Positions 1 through 15,900 of a stretch of DNA of 64,000 nucleotides are shown one piece after another; position 1 is the stretch's first letter, and each line of letters starts with the position of its first letter. The notes beneath the pieces are model-generated. The model searched no databases, was not told where the DNA came from, and saw nothing but the letters and a program-made list of their open reading frames with translations. This DNA comes from Peribolospora baueri (Eukaryota). A program made the translations under genes and the position numbers. The stretch spans positions 62,001 through 126,000 of the forward strand of contig JAMDHS010000035.1 of NCBI GenBank assembly GCA_029717555.1. Reading direction: 5' to 3'.

Positions 1-101
1 AAAGCGGGAAAGCACGCATGTATGGATGAATTCTATTGCGTCACGCCGCGAGCGCGCGCGCCACTCGTCCGTCCCGCTCGGACGCCGTCCGTAGTCCGTC
101 G

Positions 102-1255
102 TCAGTCGGAGCGCTTCAAGACGAAACGGTACCGGATGTCGCCTTTCTGGAGCCTCTCGACGGCGACGTTGAGGTGCTCCTCGTCCATCGGCAGCGTCTC
201 GACCAGCGGCCTGATCTTGTGGCGGTCGAAGAACTCGAGCATCTTGAGCAGCGCCAGGCGGTTAGCCACCACCGAGCCTTGTATGGCCAGCTCGTCCTCG
301 ATGATGGGCAGGTAGGGAACACTCATCATCCCGACGTCGAGCCCCAGCGGCACCATCTTCCCGCGCGGCTTGAGGCAAGCAAAGTACTTCTCCCACGGCA
401 CCTGCCGCGAGACGGTGCAGAGGAGCCAGTCGAACTTGTCCTCGACGCGCTTCGGCGCAAACGTCTCCCCCTCCGGCACGTTGGTGACGATGTACTCGCG
501 CGCGCCGAACGACAGGGCCTCGTCGCGCTTCTTCTCCGTGGACGAGAACGCGGCTACGTGACAGCCCCACTTGTTCGCCACCTGGAGGGCGAGGTGGCCG
601 AGGCCGCCGATGCCGATGATGCCTACGCGGTCCGTGGCCTTGATGCCGAGGTTAAAGAATGGCTGCGGGCGAGGGAGACAAGATACGACGCGACGGATGA
701 GCGCCCGCCCGCCCGCCCGCCGACCGACCGACGGAAATGCCACCCATCCATTCACTCATGACGGCGAAAGAAAAGAAAGACGACTGGACCCACAGAGAAG
801 ACGGTGGCGCCGGCGCACATGAGCGGCGCCGCGGTCTCGAACGACATGTCATCGGGGATCTTGAAACAAAAATCCTCCCTGATGACAAAGTACTCCCCGA
901 AGCCGCCCTGGTCCTTGTCGGCCCTGGCGTAGAACTGCTTCTCTGGGCAGTGTATGTCGTTGCCGGCGAGGCACTGCTCGCAGCGGAGGCATGCGCCATG
1001 GTTGTAACTCCACCCAACCTTGTCGCCGACCTTGATCTGATGGCGCACCTCGGGGCCGAGGGCGACGACGACGCCGACGGCCTCGTGGCCTAGGACATAG
1101 CCCGAGTCAAGATAGTGTATGTCGGAGAAGCAGAGCCCACATGCCTTGATCTCGATGGCCACACGGTCTGCCGTCAGCTCCGGCAACGTCGCCGTGTCCT
1201 TCACCAGCTTTCCGCCCTTGCCGCGGAACACGGTAAACGATTTGCCCGCGCTCAT
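102..1255 (-). CDS. Zn-dependent NADP(H) alcohol dehydrogenase, cinnamyl-alcohol dehydrogenase/ADH6-like MDR family; 2 exons (intron 663-793)
   Basis: ORFs 752..1255 and 102..755 join across a GTGGGT...CAG intron (ATVFS|PFFNLG). Motifs: CGLCFSD, GHE, structural Zn site C-x2-C-x2-C-x7-C, LMCAG, GIGGLG Rossmann fold, C-terminal RYRFVL. Confidence 0.92.
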
Positions 1256-3051
1256 GGCGATGGGGAGTGGTGACTATGGAATGCGAGGAGATGGGGGATG
1301 GACGGTGCAAGAGCAAGAGCAAAAGCAAGGAGGTTGAAAGAGGTGAGCAGGCTGGAAGCGAAGGCGAAAGGGCAGACTTGGGGGTTCGGCCGAGGTTGTC
1401 CAGTACAAAAAACCGATCCGATGATGTCTGGCTTGTTTTGCTTTCGGCCGGCACGGACAAGTGAGCTGGCATTTGCTTTTAGCCTTGGCCACATTTTTTG
1501 ACAGGTAGTCAAGCACAGACCCGACGGGGGTAAGAGCTTTTTTTTTTTTGCTGAGTGAGCGATGGGGGGAAGGGGAGCGGCGGGCCCAACGATTTGTTCC
1601 GATGCGCGATGTGCGGATGCGGGAAAACGATGAGCAGGGCAAGAAAGAGAGTCTAGGGCCGAGGCAAACAAACAGATAGAAAGAGATGATTTTTTTTATA
1701 CGTCTCAGATCCGATTCCGACCGGCGACGACGACGCCGGCCAGCCGGGCCGCGCTAGACAACCGACCTCCCGTCTCGTCTCCTTCGGCTGGGTCGCTTTC
1801 GAGCCGCCGGCCAAAAACCATACGCGAGCACGTTGCAATGATAACGGATCTCCGTCCCTTTGTAATCCTCCACATCGTATAGCTACAGCGACCTCCACCT
1901 GCGCTGTCAAAAAAACTAGCGTATGGAAAAAGAAGACGTTAACAAAGTGCGTCGTCGGGTCCGCAGCCGGAATTGGACGGAGCATCGTCCAGGTCTGCCG
2001 TCGGCGTCGGCGTCGGTCTGTCGATCGATTGATTCTCCGGAACGAGCGAGTGAGCGTAGTGTATGGACGCTGCCGGTGATGACCAGGCGGTCGGGGGGAG
2101 ACCGACGTCGAGCAAGGAGAGAAAGGGGATCAGCGGCCCGCATTCCTGGACCATATCCGGACGGATTGAGAGAGGGACGGTCGGTCGTCCGTCGGCCCGA
2201 CCGACCTCGCTGCGCTTGCCGCCACGTCCATGTCGAGCGAGGGCCGACAACGATGTGGCGTCCATGAGAGAGAGGGATACGATACCACCAAGCCCAACAA
2301 AAACAAACGCTGCAACCGCTAATAAAGGCGCACGCCGGGCAAACGAGCGGAAACAAAGTCTCATAACTGGGCCGGGTTGGGAAAGAACGATGCGAAAGCA
2401 AGGACAAAATGAACGGCACCGGCTCAGGCGATGATCTGGTTCGGTTGGGCACTCGCTAGACGACACGCTACGACACGACACGACATGACACGACACGATA
2501 CGGGCGGGAGACGGGGAGGGGAATAAGGGCGAATCGATTGGGCGGCAGATGGACAGCGAGAAGGAAGAAAAGAGAGAGGGATGCCGGGACGATTCTCGGC
2601 TGGAAGGCGAACGAGGCTTTGGGCGCAAGGACGTAGGTGGAGTGAATTAGGACAAAGAAGGGACCAGAACAGAGTGAGGGCAAAGATAAGGAAGAGAGAA
2701 GTGAGGCACGAAGGAGAGTGTACAGGGAGTGTGCAGGTAGACCGGGTGTCAGGAGGGAAATGAATGGAGAGGAAGTGGGATAGAGACGGCGCTAAAGGGA
2801 AAGGAAAAATCGGAGCCGAGAAAGAGAGTGAAGTGAGGTGGTATGAGAGCCGCGAGGAAGAGAGGGAGACAAGCAAGACGAGTGATGATAGGAGCTAGAA
2901 GAGCCGGAAGGAGACGAACGACGGGCCAAGATGGTTTGCGGGCGGAGAGCGGACAGAACGTCCTAAAGCCGATCGATATGGCTTAGATGGTCGGGAAACG
3001 ACCGATTTCGATTGATCACGACAGCTGCGACGGCGACACCCCCACGGCCGC

Positions 3052-5523
3052 TCAAATGGTAAAGAACGGATTGCTGTTGTTTGTGCTGTCCCCGGCCTGC
3101 TGCTGCCCCGAAGGTCCAGCCCCGGCGCCCCACATGCTCCCGCCGAATGTCCCCGACCCGGTCGGCTGCGGTTGTTGTGGTTGGCCCGTCTTCTGAGCTT
3201 CTATGCGGTTCGAGGGGTGGTAGTTGGAACCAACGGGGACTGTGGCCAAGGAGGAAGCAGACGAACGGCGGTCAGTCAATGAACCCGGCAAAGAGAGCGC
3301 CGAACGCCAAGACATCAGACAGGCGAACGCACTCCTAAGGTTGCCGACGTTTCCGAACGTATCGATCCCGTCTTCCCTGTTGCTGAGCAGTGCAGCAAGC
3401 TTGGCGTGCTCGCCGTCGGTCCCAGTTCGCATAGGCCTGTTGGCGTTCTTGAGTATGCCCTTGGGCGGGTCGGGTGTGGTGGGATTGGTGAAGCTAGAGG
3501 ACAGAGGCGAGGCCGGCTTGGGGCTCGGCGGTTGGAAGATCGGCTGAGGAGAAGTCGAGGGCTGCAGCTGCTGCTGCTGGACGGGCATGGGAGGGGCAGG
3601 AGAAGGAGAGGCAAACAGGTTGAAGGGATTGTTCGAGCCCAGCGCGGTAGGCTGAGGTTGTAGTGGCTGTTGCTGTTGGGCAAAGGCGGCCTGCTGTTGC
3701 TGCATCATCATCATCTGCTGCTGCTGCTCCATCTGTCGCTGGTACTCCATCTGCTGCTGCTGTGCCAGTAATTCCGCCTGGCGCTGCTGTTCCATTTGTT
3801 GCTGCACGAGTATGATGAAGGCAATATGTGATTGAGCGACATGCTTCTCTTGGGAAAACCATGCCCTCGCCCGACGACTCACCTGCAAAAACGGATTGTA
3901 GCCGGCATATGGGTTGAACGACGTGCTTTGCGGCTGCAGCTGTGGCTGTATCTGTGGCTGCTGACCGTTGACAGAGACGTCAACAAGAGGGAAGCCGGTC
4001 TGCTGCTGTCCAATGGGGTTACCGAAGAAGTCGGCCTGCTGGTTCTGGTATGCATTGAAACCGTCCCTAAAACAGGCCAAGACGTGGTTGGCGTCTCACA
4101 GAAACGAAAATGAGAACAAATGAACCCTGTGGACGAGACTCACAACTGCGTGCCATCATTGAACAGGGCCTGCTCGTTCGAGTCTTCGAGCTGCTTCTGC
4201 CGCTTCTCCTCCTCTTCTCTCGATAGCCTTATTGCCTTGGCCAGATCATCGTCGCTGGAATCGACAGCGACAACAGAAAACGAAAGGAGCAGAGGGATTA
4301 GTTGGGCTCCAGAAATGAATTTTCGACTACTCCCGGCGACTCACTTCTGCTTCTGCTTCTTCTGCTTTTCCTCCTCTTCCCTCTGCATTCGCTTACTCTC
4401 CTCAATGGCCCTCTCCAAATCTTTGTCCTCGTGGTTAGTCCCCTGCCTCTCCCTCTGCCTCCGAGCCGCCTCGGTGCGCGGCCTGCGCTCAGTGTCCGAA
4501 TCGTATCCTCCTCCGTCCTCCAGACTGCCCCGGGAACGCGAGCCGGCCATGCGGTCCCGCATCGACGCGCGAGCGCGTCGCTCTTCGCGGAGTCGGGAGA
4601 CGTCCGAGAGGAGGTTGGAGATGTTCTTTGCCTTTTGGCGGACTGAGATACGGCGAGAACGAAGCAAAGTGAGAGAGACCGATATCAGTAACGATACATC
4701 TGAAGCTCAGGAGGACTCCTCGCTCACCATTGGCGCCCTGATCCTTCCCATACTCGTCGATGTATTGGAATTCTTTGAGCGTCTTGACAACGTAGATGTT
4801 GTCTCGGAAATACATGACCACGTGCTCCGATCCGGCATGCAGAAGATAATCAAGTACGGTGAGTGCCTGTCGGTTCAGATTGGAAGGAAATCGATGGATG
4901 AGCCAGCCGGAATGACGACGACAAAGGGAGGACAGAGCCCGTGTGGAGAGTGGGTCGCACCTTGAAAACGTGTCGCCAGTTCTTTCCTTTGTCATTTAGA
5001 CGCTTGTCGAGAATCTCGACGATCTCCACAAAGTCATTTCTGATTGAGGACGCAGGAAAGTAAGGTGAGGCAAAAGAAGAGCGGCAGCGGGATGTTGTGA
5101 CGCCAAGGTGAGTTTGATGTCGTCCTCATGTCGCGCTGCCCGTCCCCGTGGCCATACCCAGGTCATCGCAAGCCTTCACGCCTGCTACACGTCGAGCCTT
5201 CACGAAACACGAGGGGACTCACTGATTGTAGCTAAGCTGAGCTAGCTCGTTCATCTGCGTCCCGGACGGACCCCAGGGATCATTCGATGTGGCGTCGCGC
5301 ACTTTGGTCTGTACATCCGAGTAGCCCTTGATGCTGTTTACAACGGGATGATTTTGGACGATCAAGGAGAAAAGAAGAGAACAATCAGGCCAAGGAGGTA
5401 AAGTTGGAGGTAAGAAGATTGAGGAGGCGCCATCGGCGGCTGCAGACCAAGAGGGAGGAGAAAGGCTCACTAGTTCTTCCCGACTCGAAGGGCGGACCTT
5501 CCTACGTTGTGAAGCGTGCTCAT
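3052..5523 (-). CDS. Epsin (Ent1/Ent2-like): ENTH domain, UIMs, Q-rich region, NPF motifs; multi-exon
   Basis: Spliced N-terminus MSTLHNVGRSALRVGKNYIKGYSDVQTKVRDATSNDPWGPSG...[30 protein letters not shown]...KTLKEFQYIDEYGKDQGANVRQKAK is a classic ENTH domain. UIM-like EDKDLERAIEESKR and DDDLAKAIRLSREE, QPTG-like repeats, and several NPF motifs including the terminal NPFFTI. Confidence 0.93.
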
Positions 5524-6144
5524 GTCAGCCCTTTTATGTGCAAAGTCGGCTCAGAAGAGGGGAGGGATGACAGATAGGACCTCGCCGTGGAGGTAGGTTG
5601 GGAGGTGAGGCGGCGAGACAAGTGGAAGGGGCAACGATCGGGAGAGCGGTGGGCCGGCAAGACGCACGCCAGGCTTCCAATCGAAGGGAGCGGGGGTCGT
5701 TAAAGAAGAAGACGAGCGTGAGATACGAAAGAGTGGAAAAGGAAAAACCAGAAAGGGGCGATAAAGACGGATGTTGGAGGAAGGATAGCGAGATCGATTC
5801 CAGCGCTCCTCTCACACCTCTTCCCCATTCATCCCCTCCGCCGCCCGTGACGACAACCGGCAAGGGCAAGGCGATGCGGCCACCCTTAGGGTTACCGATC
5901 GGCACACGTACCGCAGCAGGCTGTCGCTTCTGGGGCGAAGAAGGATGTCGCAGGGCCCGTGCGTCCCGAAAAGTTTTCCGCTTACTCCGTCAAGGCACTG
6001 ATTAGAAGACACGTCGAGCTCTCTTCCCGTCCTGCCAGCTCTACCCTTTCACCCCGCTCCTTTCTCGTCTCGATCTCGCTCCCTCAGGAAGCCTTGATAG
6101 AAACAGAAGGAAATCACCGGAAAGACACGAGGAAAGAAATTTAA

Positions 6145-9149
<3,005 letters not shown>

Positions 9150-9555
9150 ACACGTGGTAGAGGAGCGGTGCCGGCCGCTGTCGGACGTGGTTAGGTTAGG
9201 AGACGAGTGTGTTTTTAGTTTCGCAAGCTCGGCCTGTGCTTGAATAGGATCGGAGCAGGATCGGAGCATCGTCCGGGACCTACTCTCAGACGCCGTCCTT
9301 CTCCACTGTGAGGATGGGTGTAAGAATGCTACGGTACTTAGAGAACCAGGTCGAGTGCAAGGCGAAGATGATCGAGGACAATGGAGCGCTGAACGGCGGG
9401 ACAATAGGACCCTCCGGCCCTGGCGGTGTTAGGCGGACATGTGCATGGGTACTTAAGAAAGTGCGGCAGGGACGACAGCTAGCTTCCTCTCTCCCTCTCA
9501 GCCCGATACCTTTCGTCCTTCACACCCTTCTCTCATCGTAGAAACGAAAGCGACA

Positions 9556-11308
9556 ATGGCCGGAACAAACTACTCGCTCGTCGCCATCGGTGAGTGCTTT
9601 TGCTCGTCGCTGCATCGAGCACCGCGAAGAGTGCTGCTGATCGAAGCACCTTGCCGATCTACCGACGACCACTGACCGACGCACGCACGTCGAACGAACG
9701 TAGGCAATCCTTTGCTGGACATGCAGGTCCGCGACGGGGAGGAGATGCTCAAGAAGTACGACCTGAAGAGCAACGACGCCATCCTTGCTGAGGAGAAGCA
9801 CATGCCCATGTGAGTGCCGTGTTACTTGTCAGAGTTTCCTTCCTGCTGCTGGTTTAGAGCGCAGAGGTAAGACGGCACCCCAAATGACCAAGCTTGAGCT
9901 AATGGACGGGCGAATATCTCGGCATGACGTTTCATTATTGCTTCTATCGTATCCTCGGTACCTAGTTACAAGGAGATCGTGGAAAAGTACCAGATCACCT
10001 ACGTCGCCGGTGGAGCCGCTCAGAACGCCGCTCGTGCTGCCGCGGTGAGCCTTACGGGCTGAATAGTCTCCTCTTCTTTTTTCTACTGGTCTGACCTTAC
10101 CGTCCTCTATTTTCTTGCCACCGCGGCCACCCGTGACGGCCCATTCCCTGAACGCAGTACGTTCTGCCCCCCCACTCGACCGCTTACCTCGGCTGCGTCG
10201 GTGACGACGACTTTGCTCAGCAACTCCGCAACGCCAACGACCGCGAGGGTCTGCATTCCGCTTATCAGGTTGCCAAGGGCGTCCCCACTGGCACCTGCGC
10301 TGTCATCTTGACTGGCGTGGAGCGGTGAGTGCGACGACTGCAGCAGGTCGAAAACATTCCTTTCGCCCGTCCAGTTTCTTTGACATGATCTGGTCTGACC
10401 TTATTCCCTCATTTTCTCCCCGTCTTCTCAGCTCGCTTGTGACGAACCTTGGCGCCGCCGAGAAGTTCTCCCCTTCTCACCTGGACGAGCCGGAAGTGAA
10501 GCAGCTGATCGCTGGCGCAAAGCACTTCTACCTTGGAGGCTTCTTCCTCACCCACGGCCTCGAGAGCGCCAGCAAGGTCGCTCAGCACGCCGTGGAGAAC
10601 AACAAGGTGCGATATCATTATGTCGGACGAGTGCCGTTCTTTTTGTTGGACTTTGTCTGGGACTGACTCGGGTCTCCTGCTACCCCGACGCCGTCTCCTT
10701 CCCTATGCGTGTCCAGACGTTCGCCATGAACCTCTCTGCGCCCTTCCTGCCTCAATTCTTCAAGGATCAGATCGACGCCATGATCCAGTACGCCGACATC
10801 GTCTTCGGAAATGAAAGCGAAGCTGAGGCGTGGGCTCAGAGCCACGGTCTTGAGGTGCGCGTGCTGCGCAGCATGTCCCTCTGTCGCTGCCGATCTAATG
10901 GGCCTGCTAACTTAAATGTTGTCCGGCTCCTCTGCGCCCTCCTTCCTGTGTCCTCTTCAGACCAAGGACATTGCCACCATTGCTTCGGCCATCGCCACGC
11001 AGCCCGCAAAGCACAACCGCCAGCGACACGTAGTCATCACCCAAGGCGCCTCCTCCACCATCGTCGCCACCGCTTCCAAGGACGATACGTCCAAGGCGAC
11101 CACAAAGACGTACCCCGTCACCCCCTTGGCCCGCGAGCAGATCGTCGATACCAACGGAGCGGGCGATGCATTCTCGGGTGGCTTCATTGGCGCTTGGGTT
11201 GCCGGAAAGAACGTCGACGAAGCTGTCGAGGCAGGCCATAAATTGGGAAGGATGTGCATCCAGCTCGTCGGCCCACAGCTCAAGTACCCCAAGGAGACTA
11301 TCCTCTAG
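9556..11308 (+). CDS. ADO1: Adenosine kinase (PfkB family); 7 exons
   Basis: Spliced: YSLVAIGNPLLDMQ, YVAGGAAQNAAR, PTGTCAVI, RSLVTNLGAA, FAMNLSAPF, FGNESEA, VVITQG and the PfkB signature IVDTNGAGDAFSGGF. All introns are GT-AG. Confidence 0.95.
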
Positions 11309-12942
11309 CTGCGTGTCGGCGAGGTCGACCCCGATGGCGGATGAGGCGGAAAGATTGGACTGGAACGGGCTGCACCTCGTTGCTTTGGGCTCGCTGCTGC
11401 TACCGACACTGTAGGACCCGTCGTCGTCTAACCGCAGCACAAACGGAATAGAAATCAATTTCTCTTGGTTACCCCAATCTCTCTCCGCCGCTACGTCCCC
11501 GCTGGTTGGGTTGAGTGCCTTTCTCTCTGTCGATCGCTTGAAGGTCGGGCCGTACGCGTGCCTCTTTCTCGATAGTCACTGGCAGGAGAATTACGTTTCA
11601 GGTGGACCGGATGTGGTCTACAATACGTACAGTATCCGTACGATACCCGACTAAATAGGCCTATATTGACGTCCACGACGATGATGGACGGCGGCGGGTC
11701 GACTTCGATTTCGACCCTCGTCCGATTTGAGGCTTACCGCAGCGAGACGACGCGATCGCCTCGGCAGTTCAAGTTCCTTCCACCTTCCCTCCCGCCATCT
11801 CCATCCATCGTCGAAACCCCAGCGTTCTGCGTTCCTTGAGTAACATCCTCGTCCGCCTTCATGTGGTTGACTGAGTGTTCGTATCCATTCTCATCCTTGT
11901 TTCCTACTTGCGCAGCTCTCCACTCCATCTCTCGAGTAGGCCCTCCCTCGCTGCCGGCACAGCACTTCATCTAAACTTCAGCATGAAACCCCTGGCCTCT
12001 CCTCATCTACATCTACACACATATCCGAGACCCCGTCATCATGTCCCACCTCAAACGCCGTCCAGTCTTGTGCGCGGCGGAGGCGAGAACTGGCGGCAAT
12101 GCTCCCGTCCGTTCCACTCACAAGCGCGTTCTTCACATCACGTAAATGCAGTTCCGACTCCCCAGAGGCTAGTAAAGTTCACACATTCTCTATCTCCCTC
12201 TTTCCCCTCCGCTCCGCATCCACCTTTGGGACGTGCTCGAGGAGGGCGGACTCTTTTTCTCATAAAAGCAACATACAGGTTAGGTGCGCCCGTTGTCTCA
12301 CCCTTTCTTTCCCGTTTGACACGACCCTACCGCCCCTCGTTGTTTCAATACGCTACAAGCTCCCGCGTGCTGTCCAACTCTCATCATCACCTTCTCCTTT
12401 CCAATTTTCTTTCTTCTTGCGACGCCCAAGTTGGCGTTGACGAAAAGCTCCGAACCAAGCCACGAACCGACACTTTCGTCCTTTCACGATTATTCGAAGG
12501 CCTCCCCCGCGCCGAACCTCAACAGGATTCTGATCGCCGTGTCTCCATTTGAAGGAGCTCCCACTCCCGACGCTCGCTCTTGTGAATCCGATGGTCTGGG
12601 CTTGCGGACACGCTTGATGACTTGATTTCCGACCTCCTTCACGAACGCTACAAGCCGCTGCGCGGCCTACGAGACACCGGACGTTTGACGACTACTTGAT
12701 TCTTGTTTACGACGAGGACGACAAGGCAATCGGTCGCCTGACAAGGAGAGTCGTTTTTGATTCTGCTTTATTTTGTTTCTTTCGTAACACGCTGGCACGA
12801 CAGCTTGTGTTGACGTGCGTTTCCCACGTGTCTTCGTTCGTCACCTTGATTGCTACTCGCTCGCTCGACCCGCAGTCGGACGTCCATATTCGCTAAGGCT
12901 TATTCACGACGGGTGGCAGGTCCCTCGACGTAACGACCAGAA

Positions 12943-15900
12943 ATGAGCGCACCGTCAACGAGATCTACTTCCCGAGGGAGGAGCGAAGAACGGACGGGCG
13001 CTCCTCGAAGCCGCTCTTCTTCGCGCATTCCGGTGCCTTTGCCTTCCGCCTCCAGATCTTCTTCACCGGTCCCCATCTTAGTCCCTACCCCGTCAGGGTG
13101 CTCAGCGCGGGGCCGTTCCAGCGCCATCGGCGCAACGAGTACAAAGAGTACAAGACCTTTTCCAGAACGGAGGAGCATCGTACTCTCTAATGAATCCGTC
13201 CCTCCACCGCATCAGTCCTCCCCCACTCCGCCTCATCTTCGCCCCAACCCTATTCTCGTGCATTCCGGCGCCTCCTCAAGCTCACCGCCTTCCGCCGCCT
13301 GGCCGAGGTCGACCGGTTCGTATGGAGGTGGCCAGGTTCGACGGTCTCCGGTGCGCCACCCGCTGTCCACGGGGAGCGATGGCAGCTGGAACAACGTCGT
13401 CAGTCTTGATCTTGATCGTCGTGCGCCTTCAAGTACGCCTGCCGCTACCTCACCGAGGAGAGCCAGTAGCTCCGTCTCAGGCACTATGCGCGCTGGGGAC
13501 CTGCGGGCGCAGCAGCAGGCACATCGCGAAAAGCAGCTCGCACGCATCAGAGCAGCAGAGGAGCAGCAGCAACAGCAAGGTTCGCGCATTCCCACGCTTC
13601 AACGCTCTTCCGACCCAGGCTCGCAGCCCGGACCGTCTTCGTCCACCAACCGAAGGAGCTTTAGCTTGCCATCCGCTCTTATCCCTGGCGGTCAACCCAG
13701 GCAGCCCAGCAACACCACCCTGACGCTGCCCTTCTCGACCGTGCCGACTCGGCGTCCACACCATTCCGAAGCTTTCTCCGCTCCGTCTCCCTTTCCGAAT
13801 AAGCCCAGGCGTCAAGCTGTGCTGAGCCACGCCGTGCCTCGTTCATTTGTACGGGGGGTTCCCGTCCGTATCCCTCTTCATCAGGCGATGTCGCACGGCA
13901 GCTCGCGAGCATATCTCTCGTCCACGACCGACTCCATTTCTGCTCATCGGACTTCAGGGCGCTTACCAGAGATCCCGGACGTGAGCGAGCCTTCGAGCTC
14001 AAACAGCTCGCGAAGTGGCTCCAAGGACGGGGTTGAGGCCACTAAATCTTGCGATGATACTGCCGTCGGCTTCAATGACTTTGGCCTTGGACCTGTCCTC
14101 ACCCCCCCGTCGGAGAGCCCGCAGATGCGAGCGGAACTCGCAAAGATGGATTCTCCCGATCTCGGATCGACCGCAGCGAACCCGCCTGTTTCTACTCCGG
14201 TTCCTGACCCGAGTAGGGAAGGGAAGGTCAGCGAAGAGAAGCTCGATAGTCCCGAGACAGCAGCGCGCTCTCGGGTCATGGCGGGCGTCGAGGGCACGGG
14301 AGGAAGTGGCGAGGGTACGGGAGGAAGCGGAGAAGGCACGACCGTCGAGACGCTCGTCTCGGACTCTACCGTAGTTGGCGGCTCCGGCTCGCCTGAAGGA
14401 CGGGCCCGCCCTGATGATGCAGAGCCTCCGATTGAGTACAGTCCCGTACCCACCAGGGGGCGCACATCGATCGGAGCGCGCCTGGAGAACCTGGTCGCGA
14501 AGAGGAGCGAGGGCTCCCAAGGCAGTAGTCCAGAGTCGAGTGGATCTGGGTCAAGAGCCTTTTCCAGAGGCGAGAGTGGTCCTCAAATGGCGGCAATGGT
14601 CGGGCTGAGCGACACCGGAGCCGCGGCTGGAGAACCATCGATGACAACACAGCAAGCATCCTCTTCTTCGCCGCCGACTATCGAGAAGACGCAGCCAAGC
14701 AGCACGTTGGCAAGAGCGGAAGCCAGTGGGCTTGTTGCGTTTGCATCTGCGTCCCGATCGGAAAGAGGCCAGGAGTCGTCGGAGCTGGTACCAATTCATC
14801 TTGCGCTCCCTCAACCCGCCGCTCCCGTCTTGACGCTCACCCCGCCATCTGGAGATCTCAGCCCTACTTCATCTGCTGTAGGATCGGGGACGACAACGGC
14901 CGCTACCGCCTCGGCACGGGCGCAAGCCAGTGGGACGCAGCCCACTTTGGAACCTATCCGACTCGTCATGCCTTCTGTTTCGCCTCCGCCTAACGTCTCT
15001 TCGGTACCTCTCACTCCAAGTCAAGCCGTGCTTCAGGAAGCCCCAGACGTGAGCAGCCCTCATGCTTCGCGGCCTGCCCTTCCGTCTTTGCGACTGTATC
15101 TTCCTGGTTCTCCAGTGACCTCACAAACATCTCCTCATCAGATTGGCATTCACGAGCCGATTGACCCTTTAGCCGAGGCGGAAGCGGTGATCGCCCGCAT
15201 TGGGCAACCAGCTTCCTCCTCACTGCCTTATGCACCCTCGGAAGGGCAAGGACCTCAGTGCACCGGCGTCCCTTTGCTTCGACCTCCTTCTGGACAGAGT
15301 CAGCGCTCGGGCAGCCAACAACATCAGTCGACTTATCCCGCATGGAAGTCATCCAAGCCCGATGCTCAGTCTGCAGAGGTTTCTCCAGGGTCTCCGTCGC
15401 TCACTGGAGCAGCCATTGTGCCGGACAGGAACACCTTCGGACCAGGTGCTGGCGTCTTCTCCCAAGCTGCGGCGATGCTGCAGCGCTCTGGTAGCGAGAT
15501 CTCTCAGCAACCTAGTCGGCGCCTTTCCGGGATGCCCGCGTCTTTGCAGGTCCCGATGGCTCCTAGCAGTATCGCGAGTGCAAGCGTTGCTGGGAGGAGG
15601 GAGTCGATCGACAGTGCCACGACGATGCTCAACTCGCCTCATCAGCTCCTTTTTGGGTTGGACAGGCATACGATTCCGGAGGCCGATAAGATGGACGGAT
15701 TCGACTGTGGGCAGCAGGACGGGACGCGGGGAAAAGGAAAGGAGGTAGAGCGCAAGGGCAGCGGAGACAGCCAAAGCCGACTTTCACCCGTTCATGAGCA
15801 CCGGCTCGTCTCTGCTTTCGACTCAAGCGATGAGACCTCGTCATTGCATACCAGTGAGATGGCCGAGCCCGCGGGATCTTCGACCATTGCCTCTCTGGTT

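Noticed and set aside
1500..3000. ORFs between ADH and epsin
   Set aside because: Low-complexity purine/pyrimidine-skewed sequence with no protein motifs; likely the epsin 3' UTR and the ADH promoter.
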